From Bryobacterales bacterium (GTDB taxonomy: Bacteria; Acidobacteriota; Terriglobia; Bryobacterales; UBA6623): a DNA stretch of 64,000 nucleotides. A program made the translations under genes and the position numbers. Positions within the stretch are counted from its first letter, which is position 1. Every line of letters starts with the position of its first letter. The notes beneath the pieces were generated by a model, which was not told where the DNA came from, did no database searches, and saw only the letters and a list, made by a program, of their open reading frames with translations. This document shows, piece by piece, positions 1 to 8,886 of the stretch. The DNA lies in assembly GCA_965226435.1 (NCBI GenBank), contig CBDDCY010000007.1, positions 17,680-81,679 on the forward strand, written 5' to 3'.

Positions 1-809
1 GCGAGGATGTCGACCATCTGGCTTTGACCACGATGGATTGCGACGTCAACGGCGACGATTGCTCCGCGGCGACCGCGATCGACGATGTAGATGACTGTCT
101 CCATGATGCCGTGGAGGTTGATATCGACGGTGGGTCGGGTTGGATCGGTTTCGAAGTGACCGATGACTGGACCATCGCGAGTGAAGACTGCGAAGTGGCC
201 GTGTGGGTTTGCTGGACCCCCGACACCGAGAACAATCTACCCGCGCCGGGAACGGGTCAGATGTCGGTGAGCTTCGCGCCTCTGAGCACGGTGGGCACCT
301 CGACGGAAGACGTCGAGCCGCGTCCGCGGTTCCTCGACGGCACCGGATCGGATCCGGAGAACATCGTCAATGTGGTGAAGTGTACGTCAACGATTCTGTT
401 CCCGTTCGTATCGAACCAGAACAGCTTCGACACCGGATTAGTGGTTTCCAACACGTCGGAAGACTGGTTGGGCACCGATCCGCAGGACGGCGCTTGCGAG
501 ATTCACTACCACGGCAGCACGACGGGTGGCGGAGCCGCTCCGCCGACCGATCCGACCTCGGTCATTAACGCGGGCGAGCAGCTGATTTGGCTGCTTTCCA
601 GCGGCAACCCGGCGCAGGATGTTGACCCGGCCACTGAGTTCCAGGGCTACGTCATCGTGGTTTGCGACTTCCAGTACGGCCATGGCTACGGTTTCATTAG
701 CGACGGCTTTGGTTCAGTGCCGACACTGGCGCAGGGCTATCTGGCTCTTATTCTGGAAATCGACAGCGACGGCTTGCGGCTCCCGGTGCCCGAAGCTCTC
801 GACCAATAG
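1..809 (+). CDS. C-terminal part of a cell-surface/S-layer-like protein (5'-truncated by the window)
   Basis: Frame open from position 3 to TAG at 809. C-terminus TILFPFVSNQNSFDTGLVVSNTS...FQGYVIVVCDFQYGHGYGFISD...GYLALIL resembles a domain I recall from large secreted Solibacter/Bryobacter proteins. Followed by a strong terminator. Confidence 0.55.
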   Translation, partial: EDVDHLALTTMDCDVNGDDCSAATAIDDVDDCLHDAVEVDIDGGSGWIGFEVTDDWTIASEDCEVAVWVCWTPDTENNLPAPGTGQMSVSFAPLSTVGTSTEDVEPRPRFLDGTGSDPENIVNVVKCTSTILFPFVSNQNSFDTGLVVSNTSEDWLGTDPQDGACEIHYHGSTTGGGAAPPTDPTSVINAGEQLIWLLSSGNPAQDVDPATEFQGYVIVVCDFQYGHGYGFISDGFGSVPTLAQGYLALILEIDSDGLRLPVPEALDQ

Positions 810-833
810 GTCGACTCAGTTCAATCTCAACAG

Positions 834-866
834 CGAGGGGGGCGGCAACGCCCCCCTCGTTTTTTT
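834..866 (+). terminator. Rho-independent terminator
   Basis: Perfect 11-bp stem CGAGGGGGGCG/CGCCCCCCTCG, GCAA tetraloop and a T-run at 860-866, starting 25 nt after the stop at 809. Confidence 0.9.
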
Positions 867-867
867 C

Positions 868-966
868 GGGAACCCGGGGGGGGAAACCCGTGGTGAAGGA
901 AACCCCGGACAGCTTCCGGGGGGGGAACTCGGGGAAACCCGAAGGGGAAACCCGGGACAGCTTCCT
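868..966. repeat. Short degenerate GGAAACCC(G)GGACAG-type repeat cluster (REP-like)
   Basis: Several GG(G)AAACCC units; GAAACCC(C/G)GGACAGCTTCC occurs twice; spacing is irregular. Confidence 0.5.
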
Positions 967-1139
967 AATAAAGAATCTTCACTCCAACAACGACCGGCCC
1001 CGTAGTCTGTTGTGGTCAGCCGTGACACCCAAGCCAGGTTGACAGCCCCGCTATTCTAAGCACGGAGCCCCCAGCCCACGCCCACATTGCGGCGACCCAC
1101 GGAAAAAAAGGACGCCCACGAGCGGATCAAAAAGAATTC

Positions 1140-1357
1140 GCGAAACGAAGCCGATTTTTCTCGCCATGGCTTCCACGCGCTCCAGAAGGGAGGCTATACG
1201 GAGGGATCGATATGGGATTCTACCAAACGAAGCCAAGCGCCCATGAAGGGTATTGATTCCAACAACTTACAAACCGACAAAGCGCATTAGACAAGGCAAG
1301 CCATGGCAAGCAAGGACAAGCAAAGACAAGACCGAGTCAAATCAAATCCACCTCCAG
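1140..1357 (+). repeat. ~215-bp dispersed repeat, copy 1
   Basis: Aligns in direct orientation with 6020-6227 (shared ACGAAGCC...CCATGGCTTCCA...GGAGGGATCGATATGGGATTC...CAACAACTTACAA...GCGCATTAGACAAGGCAAGCCATGGCAAGCAAGGACAAG...ACCGAGTCAAAT). This copy has an extra 10-nt CAAAGACAAG. Confidence 0.85.
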
Positions 1358-3601
1358 GTCTTCTCCCCGGCGTCCTGTCCCTCGCGTCTCGTCCGCGGCC
1401 GTCAGACCATGAGCCGACGAAAGATGCGCCCGCGAATCCCAACGGGTAAAGAATCCGCGAAACGAAGCCAAAGGGGGAGACAGTCCCCGAAACTACCCCC
1501 GAACTCCCCCGGGTGACAATTTACCGGACGATTCCCTCGAACCGGGATTGATTCGCTTACGGTCTACGCGCCGCCCCGCCGTTACTGGCAGACTCTGGAC
1601 GACGGGCGACCGTTGCTGCAGTTGTTCGAGCAACAGTCCGAATCACGCACGCATGAGTCCGGGTTGGGCAAGCATGAACCCGCGCATGCCGGATCGATAC
1701 TGCACTCATCATCATCGCAATCGGTCTGACCGTCGCAGTCGTCGTCGATACCGTTTTCGCAATTATCCGCCTCCGGAAAACCGGTCGGCGTGCACGCGAA
1801 GTCGCCCTTGCACGTTTTGTCGTTGCCGCCCCGGCATTTGTCCGTGCAGCAGTCGGCGTCCTCGAAGCAGGGGTCGCCTTGTAGGCCCAACGAGCAACTC
1901 TGCTGACAGGCCGGCGCCAGGTCGCAGTCGACCGTGTCGTCGCAATCCGTGAGGCCGTCGCAGTCGTTGTCAACTCCATCCGTACACGAGGCTTCCGACT
2001 CGCTCTGGCAAGCGCTGTCGTCACAATCCGCGACGTCGTTGCAATCGTTGTCAAGCCCGTCGTGACATGCGGTCTCGGGCGGCAGGCCGCTACAGGCATC
2101 GTCCGCGCAGTCTACGAGAAGGTCACAATCATTATCAATACCGTCGTCGCAAACTTCCGGGGCTTCAACACAGCTACCGCACTGCAACGGCAGGTCGAAG
2201 TTCTCGGTGACGTTCAGACTGTTGGGGCTGCCGCCGTCATCGGCGTTGGCGCCCATGCCGCGCTTGGCGAAGGCTTCCCAGATCAGACACTCGTTGGCGC
2301 CGCCGTTGTTAACTTGATCGGCCACGAGGATGGCGTCACGCGCATCGAGGAAGGTGGGGTTACAACCCTGCAGCTTCAATCCGTCGACAACGAGTTGGAT
2401 GGCGGTGTTGTTGCGGCCGCTGCCGTCGTAGAAATTGGGGTCGAAGCCGATGGCCGGATCAACAACCAGTTTCCAATACATCTCCCACACCGCGGTAGCC
2501 CATACCGTGCCGACACCGTGAGGCACCGACAGCGCACCGGTTGTGAGATCGCCGTAGGTTAGCGGATTGACCGCCATGTCCGTGGTGTAGGGATACGGCC
2601 GGATCCCCGCGCCCTCCGAACTATCGAAGATGACGTAGGAGCCGACGCCTCGCTGCGTTGTCGCCGTATCCGCCGCCGTCGCGGTGAAGAACAGGGCGCA
2701 GAGATCGCTCCATCCCTCTCCCGCCCGCTGGTTGCCGGACAGGCAACTGCTATTGGCGGCACCGCCGGTCAGCCGATTGGAGAGGCCGTGACAGTACTCG
2801 TGCGCGATGATGCCGGCGTCGAGATCGCTGTCGCGATCGAGTGGGGACAACCGACGAATCGTGCCTGCCGCCGGCAGCCCGCTCTTGATCGTTCCGCCAT
2901 TGTTTAGGCTGACCATGACCGAAGGGATCGTGATGCTGCCGCCGCCACCGCCGTCACCCATCGTGATCGGGCTTCCTGCAACGTTATTGACGATGATAAC
3001 GCCCTTTGCCCCCGCGTTTTGGGCGTTCTGGACCTTGACGACGAAGTCGCAAGAGCCCCTATCGGCAATGGCAATGTCGCCGCTGAAGTTGATAAGCGAC
3101 TCGCAGGCATCGGTTGAACTGCCCGTGTCGTCGTCGACCAGCTCCAAGCTTCCCGATACGCCGGTGTTGTTGAGCGCCGGACCGAACACCGCGCCGGAGG
3201 CGACGTAGCTGCCCGGCGCACTCCCGGAGTCAACCACCACCTCGTTGGCGTTCCCCGCTGTCCACTCGTACATTTGCATGCGCGGGTTGAACCCATCGGG
3301 GGGAGTCGAAAAATTGGCGTTGTTGATGCCGGAACCATCCTGGGCGTCGGCGTTGACCGAGTCACTACCGGCCCCCCCTTTTCCGTAGTTGTTTTCCTGG
3401 AAGTTGCCCGAGTCCTCGTCGAACCCGTACTGGTAAAGCAGATCGTGCAAGACGTTGTTCCAGTAGAAAAGGTTCGTGACCGCCGCGTCCCGATAGTCGA
3501 CGGGCTGCTGGGTCAGAAGATCAAGAGGCGACGTGAAATCAAGGCCGGCGCCGCCGTTCGGCTGGATATTGGGGTCGCAGGCCGAGTTGTTGCGGTCGCG
3601 G

Positions 3602-5015
3602 GAGCTATAACCATAAGTTGTGGATGAGCCTCTGAGGGGAGGCGGCGTATCCTGACGATTGAGGAAGCAACTCAATCGTTTTCTGGAAAGGAACAAGGAG
3701 GATACGCCATGAGTCAGTGTGAAGCTGCTGAGAGCAGCAGTCAAGTCAACCCCCAAGTCATTGATGGAAAGGAACGCTCGCCCTTGGATGAGGTGCTGCG
3801 CCAAGGAGCGCGCCAGATGCTCGTCAAGGCCGTGGAAGCCGAAGTGACCGCCTACATCGAAACGCATCAGCACGAAGTCGACCAGGACGGCCGGCGGCTG
3901 GTGGTGCGCAACGGTCACGCCCGCGAGCGCACCATCGTCAGCGGCGTGGGTCAGCTGAAGATCCAGGCGCCGCGGGTCGACGATCGCCGAGTCGATGAGC
4001 AGGGCCGGCGCTTTCGTTTCACTTCCCAGATCCTGCCGCCGTATCTGCGGCGCACGAAGAGTGTGGAGGAGTTGATCCCCTGGTTGTGCCTGAAAGGGAT
4101 CTCGACGGGCGATTTCAGCGAAGCGCTGGAGGCCTTGCTGGGGCCCGACGCTCCGGGCCTGTCGGCGACGACGGTGGTGCGTCTCAAAGACGTCTGGCGC
4201 CGCGAGTACGAGGCTTGGTCAAAGCGTGACCTCAGCGGCCAGCGGTTTGTTTACATTTGGGCCGATGGCATCTACTCGAATGTTCGTCTGGACGATGAAC
4301 GGCAGTGTTTGCTGGTTGTGATGGGAGCACTCGAAGACGGTCGCAAGCAACTGCTGGCGGTGCACGACGGCTTTCGCGAAAGCGAACTGTCGTGGCAGGA
4401 GTTGCTGGAGGACTTGAAACGGCAGGGGCTCGAGCTGCCGCCGAAGTTGGCGGTGGGCGACGGAGCGATGGGGTTTTGGGCGGCACTGCGGAAAGTCTAT
4501 CCGGCGACCGGTGAGCAACGCTGCTGGCTCCACAAGACGGCCAACGTGCTCAATAAGCTGCCGCAGAGCATGCAGGGCAAAGCCAAGCAGGCGCTGCGCG
4601 ACATCTATCTTGCCGAGAGTCGGCAGACGGCGGAGGCCGCTCTGGACCGTTTCAAGAACCTATACGAGAAGAAGTTTCCCAAAGCGGTCGAGTGCCTGGA
4701 AAAAGACCGCCAAGTGCTGCTGGCTTTCTACGACTTTCCGGCCGAGCACTGGGGGCACTTGCGGACGACGAACCCGATCGAGTCCACCTTTGCGACGGTC
4801 CGTTTGCGGCAGCGACGAACGAAGGGTTGTGGCAGCCGCGAAGCGTCGTTAACGATGGTCTTCATGCTGGCCCGCCAAGCCGAGCGCCACTGGCGACGCC
4901 TGAACGGTTCGGAAGTGATTGTTCATGTCTTAGAGGGAAAGGTTTTCAAGGATGGATTGATGGTTCAGGAAAACGCCGCCTGACCTCGCCCATCCACAAC
5001 ATTTGACAATATCTC
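3602..5015 (+). mobile_element. IS256-family insertion sequence, 1414 bp, apparently intact
   Basis: Imperfect 25-bp terminal IRs GAGCTATAACCATAAGTTGTGGATG (3602-3626) and CATCCACAACATTTGACAATATCTC (4991-5015); 9-bp target duplication CGGTCGCGG at 3593-3601 and 5016-5024. Confidence 0.93.
3709..4983 (+). CDS. IS256-family (Mutator-type) DDE transposase
   Basis: 424 aa; RNGH, YIWADG, LAVGDGAMGF, QRCWLHK and RTTNPIES motifs. Confidence 0.95.
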   Translation: MSQCEAAESSSQVNPQVIDGKERSPLDEVLRQGARQMLVKAVEAEVTAYIETHQHEVDQDGRRLVVRNGHARERTIVSGVGQLKIQAPRVDDRRVDEQGRRFRFTSQILPPYLRRTKSVEELIPWLCLKGISTGDFSEALEALLGPDAPGLSATTVVRLKDVWRREYEAWSKRDLSGQRFVYIWADGIYSNVRLDDERQCLLVVMGALEDGRKQLLAVHDGFRESELSWQELLEDLKRQGLELPPKLAVGDGAMGFWAALRKVYPATGEQRCWLHKTANVLNKLPQSMQGKAKQALRDIYLAESRQTAEAALDRFKNLYEKKFPKAVECLEKDRQVLLAFYDFPAEHWGHLRTTNPIESTFATVRLRQRRTKGCGSREASLTMVFMLARQAERHWRRLNGSEVIVHVLEGKVFKDGLMVQENAA

Positions 5016-6019
5016 CGGTCGCGGTCTTCCTGGGCGCAAACGTTGTTGCCGCGCGTGGTGGTGAACTCCGCGCCTGCGGACCCATTCGTGTCGTGCCAGC
5101 CGAAGGGCGAAGCGGCCACGGTCGCCGGGTTCACCTCAGTCGTTCGCCCGCCGTCGTTGGGTGACTCCTTGGGCAGGGCGAAGACCTCGTAGCTGTCGTT
5201 AGCGATCCAGTCGACCTTGGCCAGGATCTCGCCGCCGGCGGCGTCGACCCAGAGGTTCCACCAATGCTGCTGGTCGGTCTGACGAATGTTCATCTCCCAG
5301 CTCAACCGCACTTCACCCGAATCGAGTGCATAGTAGGCGAGCTTGACGGGGATCTCGTCGAGTGACAGGCCGGCTCCGCTGAAACGCGCCTGCTGCTCGC
5401 GTCCGCCGGTCCCTCCGGTTTGGACGAGCAAGCCCGAGATCTCAAGACCCAGCTCATCGGCGGCATCACGGATAGCGCTTTCGGCATTGAGCCCCGGTTG
5501 CTGTGAGTTGACCTTGCCGGCCAAATTGCCGACAAAGCGGGCGCCGACGCTCAGCACTTGACCGTCCGCGGTCACGTTGACGTTGATGGTGCCGTTGGCA
5601 ACCGCTATCCCTCGCAACTGTTGGCGGAAGTAGATGTGAGTCACGCCATTGTGCTTCGAAAGGTATTGATTCGTAACGGCTTTGCCGGCCAGATCTCCGG
5701 CCGTAAGGCCAAGAGCCGCGGCGTTATCGTCGAGATGGCTCAAGGCGACCTCAAGGGGCGGCTGTGCCTGCGCCCACACGGAGCCGGGCAGGGCAAGCAA
5801 AGCCAGGCTCAGCAACAGGAATCCTGATCGCGGTGTCTTGAGTCGGGTCATCGCTTGATCTCCTTGGTCGTAGGCCGGCAAGAAATACAGGAGAATCCTA
5901 GCACGATACGCAACTTCTGTCCATGGTTGTTCGATTCCATCTAAGCTTTGCCGTCCTGTTCGGGTTCGGCGCCACGGTTATCCCCAACCTGTTTCGAGGT
6001 GTTGAACCGGAAACCCGCT

Positions 6020-6227
6020 GCGACACGAAGCCCATTTTTCGCACCATGGCTTCCATGCGCCCCGGAAGGGAGGCCATACGGAGGGATCGATATGGGATTC
6101 CGCGAAACGAAGCCGAGTGCCCATTACGAGTATGTATTTCAACAACTTACAAGCCTACAAGGCGCATTAGACAAGGCAAGCCATGGCAAGCAAGGACAAG
6201 ACCGAGTCAAATTCAATCCACCTCCAG
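6020..6227 (+). repeat. ~215-bp dispersed repeat, copy 2
   Basis: Diverged direct copy of 1140-1357 at offset ~4880. Confidence 0.85.
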
Positions 6228-6383
6228 ACGAGATGGCCGGTGTCATCCGTATTGCCATGGTCGGCGTTGCCGTGCCGGACATGTTGATTCCGATCTACTA
6301 CCTTGTGGGCCGCGCACGCTTGGTGTAGGATCAATTAGTCGAGGCGGGCCGGCGCGTACTTTTTGGGAAACGGGAGGAGTGCA

Positions 6384-6716
6384 ATGGCAGTATCAGGAAT
6401 GCAATTCGGCTGGTTAGGGGCGCGTGATTTCCACGATGACCTCGTCAGCCATAGCGTGACGGTACAAGTGCGCAACCGCGATGCCGTCGCGGACATCGGC
6501 TTGTACTCGAAATGGGTGACAGGAGAAGAGGATCACGCCGTTCTGGCCCATATCAGTCAGATCGTGAGCGATAGCGGCGTGGAGAACTTTCCGACCTCCT
6601 GGGATGCGGGACCGCCTCCAACCCTGTTTCGACGCAACGTGACAAGCGTGACGTTCAAAGTAGTGGCCTTCCAGGCTCATGTGATGGCCAGGTGGATGAT
6701 CTATCGTTGGGTGTAG
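6384..6716 (+). CDS. Small hypothetical protein (beta-rich)
   Basis: ATG 6384 preceded by GGAGG; 110 aa; next gene starts 9 nt after the stop. Confidence 0.6.
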   Translation: MAVSGMQFGWLGARDFHDDLVSHSVTVQVRNRDAVADIGLYSKWVTGEEDHAVLAHISQIVSDSGVENFPTSWDAGPPPTLFRRNVTSVTFKVVAFQAHVMARWMIYRWV

Positions 6717-6724
6717 GTGACTCT

Positions 6725-7063
6725 ATGAAAGAAGCGACGGAACTACCTTTCGATTCGTCCCCGACGCAGACGTGTGTCGTGTACGATCAGCGGACGGGTC
6801 GTGTGGTACATGTCCACGACTTCATTCCAGCGGAGCCCGGCGGCTCCGCGGCCCCCAGCGAGATGCGGGCGGCAGCGCTCGAGGCGACAGGCTCTGTCGT
6901 GGAGCAGCAGTACCTAGCGGTAGCTGAAGTCCCAGAAGATCTTCTGGACTCGAAAGGAGCCTGCCGCGTCAACGCCGAGACGGGGAAGGTCTACGCCGAG
7001 TCTTTGGGTCCGGTGGATCCGGGTCCTACAGATCCTAAAGCCGAAAAAAAGGAAGACGGCTGA
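6725..7063 (+). CDS. Small hypothetical protein
   Basis: ATG 6725 right after the previous stop; CVVYDQRTGRVVHVHDF; operon-like pair. Confidence 0.6.
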   Translation: MKEATELPFDSSPTQTCVVYDQRTGRVVHVHDFIPAEPGGSAAPSEMRAAALEATGSVVEQQYLAVAEVPEDLLDSKGACRVNAETGKVYAESLGPVDPGPTDPKAEKKEDG

Positions 7064-7202
7064 CACACGGTTTCGCTTTGCTTCACACCGCGGGCTACTT
7101 TCCGGCGCCCCCTCCGGCGGCCGGCCCCTTGGTTTTCCACCCTCACGTTGCACACCCCGAGCGCCGGCGCACGGGCGTCCAAGACGTTTACTATAGAGAT
7201 GA

Positions 7203-7601
7203 GTGCGGAAGCAACTTGCAGGCGTTCTTTGCCCCGTCTTGCTGATGGCTTTTCAGCTGGGGCCGGTCGTCCATTTCCATGTGGACGAGCACGAGACTGC
7301 TCATGTCGGGGCCGAGCATCCGCAAGGGTTCGCGGCCCACATTCACGTTGACCCCAATGGACGGCCGACCGCCGAGGATGACGAGCCGAAAGTTGGTCCC
7401 GTTGACGGCGACGAAGACCTGGTTGAGCTTTCTTGGCTACAGTCGGAGCGACCGCAAACGCCTCATGCATTGCCCGCCGTCAGGTCGCCGGCCCGCGCGG
7501 CTACCCCGGTCGTCGCTGTTGTTGGAAACCCGCCGCAAGAGCCGCGAATCCACGATCCTCCGTTTGCATCGTCGATAATCCCCCGAGCTCCGCCCGCCTA
7601 A
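7203..7601 (+). CDS. His-rich leader protein ending in RAPPA (DUF2946/CzcI/CruR-like)
   Basis: Hydrophobic N-terminus, HFHVDEHETAH and AHIHV, C-terminal IIPRAPPA; stop 61 nt before the efflux operon. GTG start not certain. Confidence 0.7.
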   Translation: MRKQLAGVLCPVLLMAFQLGPVVHFHVDEHETAHVGAEHPQGFAAHIHVDPNGRPTAEDDEPKVGPVDGDEDLVELSWLQSERPQTPHALPAVRSPARAATPVVAVVGNPPQEPRIHDPPFASSIIPRAPPA

Positions 7602-7662
7602 CACCCGCCTAGGAACGATTCCTTTCTTTGGGCCCTAGGGTCCCCGTCCGCGAGGTTGAATC

Positions 7663-8886
7663 ATGATTGCGAAGGCATGCATATTCGCGCGCCTGAGCCT
7701 TCTGGTCTGCTGTTTGGCGACACTGACCGCCGCTCAAGAGCTGACCGAGAGGCAGGCGCTGCAACTTCTTCGAGAAAGTCCGCTGTACCGAGAATTGCAG
7801 GCTCGGGTGGAGGTGTCGCGCGCGGAATCGCGGCGCGGGACGTTGTACCCGAACCCCTCGGTGACAACAACATTCGAGGGCGCCGGACGAACGGATTACT
7901 ACATTTTCGAACAGCCTCTGGCCGTCAGCGGACGGCGTCGCTTGTTGCGGCGGGCCGGCGAGTCCGCCGTCGCCGCGGCCGAGGCCGAGGCCGACCACGC
8001 TTTGCATCAGATCGAAGCCGGACTGCGGGGCGTTTTCCATCAGCTCGCCTACGCGCGGAAGCGAAGAGGCGCCATTCGCGCGAGTATCGACGAACTACAA
8101 AAGCTCGTTCGCATCTTGCGGGAGCGCGAGAAGGCAGGCGAGGGATCGCGATTCGATCGTTTGCGCGCCGAACGAGAGGTTGTCGAGCGCGAGACCGAAT
8201 CGGCCGATGCGGAGGCCGCCATCGCCGAGTCGAGAGCGGCGCTGGCGGGCTTTCTCGGTGAGTCGGTGGATTCGGAACACTTGATTGCACGGGGCACGCC
8301 GGTGTCCGACGGTGCACTGCCGGATCTGAACGAAGCCCTCGCGGACGGCCTCGCCGCTCGTAGCGACTACCAGGTCGAGAACGAGCGGTTGGAACAGCTC
8401 CGGCTCGAGGGCGAGGCGGCGGATCGCCTGCGCATCCCCAACCCCGTCATCTCCGGCGGGCTGAAACGGGAGCAGATCGGCGACCGCTATGCGAAGGGTC
8501 CCGTGCTGGGTTTCTCGATCGATTTGCCGTTGTTCAACAAAGGACGAGTGGAAAAGCGGTTGGCCGAAGCCAAAGCGGCTCGCACGCGCGCCCGCCGCCG
8601 CGTTCTCGAGAGCCGCATTCTCGCCGAGGTGCGTGCCGCGCACGGTTCCCTTCGACTGCGCCGCAAGATCGCCGAGGACTACGAGTCGAAGTCCGGACGG
8701 CGTGCCGAAGAACTCCGCGAAATCGCTGAAATTGCCTACCAAGAAGATGAACTGGGCATCTTGGAACTGCTCGATTCCTATCGAGTGGCTCAACGCGCGA
8801 AGCTGCGGTTGCTGGAATTGCAAGCGGTCGCCAAGCAGGCGGAGATCGAGTTCGACCGCACCGTCGCCAAGGAGCTGTTGCCATGA
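7663..8886 (+). CDS. czcC: TolC/CzcC-family outer membrane efflux protein
   Basis: Signal peptide, YPNPSV motif, helical repeats, IDLPLFNKG, ELGILELLDSYR; overlaps next gene (ATGA). Confidence 0.85.
   Translation: MIAKACIFARLSLLVCCLATLTAAQELTERQALQLLRESPLYRELQARVEVSRAESRRGTLYPNPSVTTTFEGAGRTDYYIFEQPLAVSGRRRLLRRAGESAVAAAEAEADHALHQIEAGLRGVFHQLAYARKRRGAIRASIDELQKLVRILREREKAGEGSRFDRLRAEREVVERETESADAEAAIAESRAALAGFLGESVDSEHLIARGTPVSDGALPDLNEALADGLAARSDYQVENERLEQLRLEGEAADRLRIPNPVISGGLKREQIGDRYAKGPVLGFSIDLPLFNKGRVEKRLAEAKAARTRARRRVLESRILAEVRAAHGSLRLRRKIAEDYESKSGRRAEELREIAEIAYQEDELGILELLDSYRVAQRAKLRLLELQAVAKQAEIEFDRTVAKELLP

Larger units (their letters stand above)
1582..5851 (-). pseudogene. Secreted M36 (fungalysin) metallopeptidase with FTP/PepSY propeptide, PA domain and Cys/Asp-rich C-terminal repeats, interrupted by IS256
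   Basis: ATG 5851 with AGGAG RBS and signal peptide; NGVTHIYFRQ propeptide; YQYGFDEDSGNFQ, AHEYCHGLSNRLTGG and GEGWSD motifs; ADRGSCDFVVKVQNAQNAGA PA domain. Removing 3602-5024 (IS plus one TSD copy) restores the frame: AQEDRDRNNSACDP. Confidence 0.92.

Noticed and set aside
868-966. Possible CRISPR array
   Set aside because: Units are short, degenerate and irregularly spaced, with no unique spacers and no cas genes.
1087-1516. Small ORFs in the repeat region, and 5923..6417
   Set aside because: Similar peptides simply reflect the DNA repeat; frames are not conserved between copies.
3602-3918. N-terminus of the 778-aa ORF 1582..3918 as a real protein start
   Set aside because: It is the antisense strand of IS256; the real N-terminus is at 5851.
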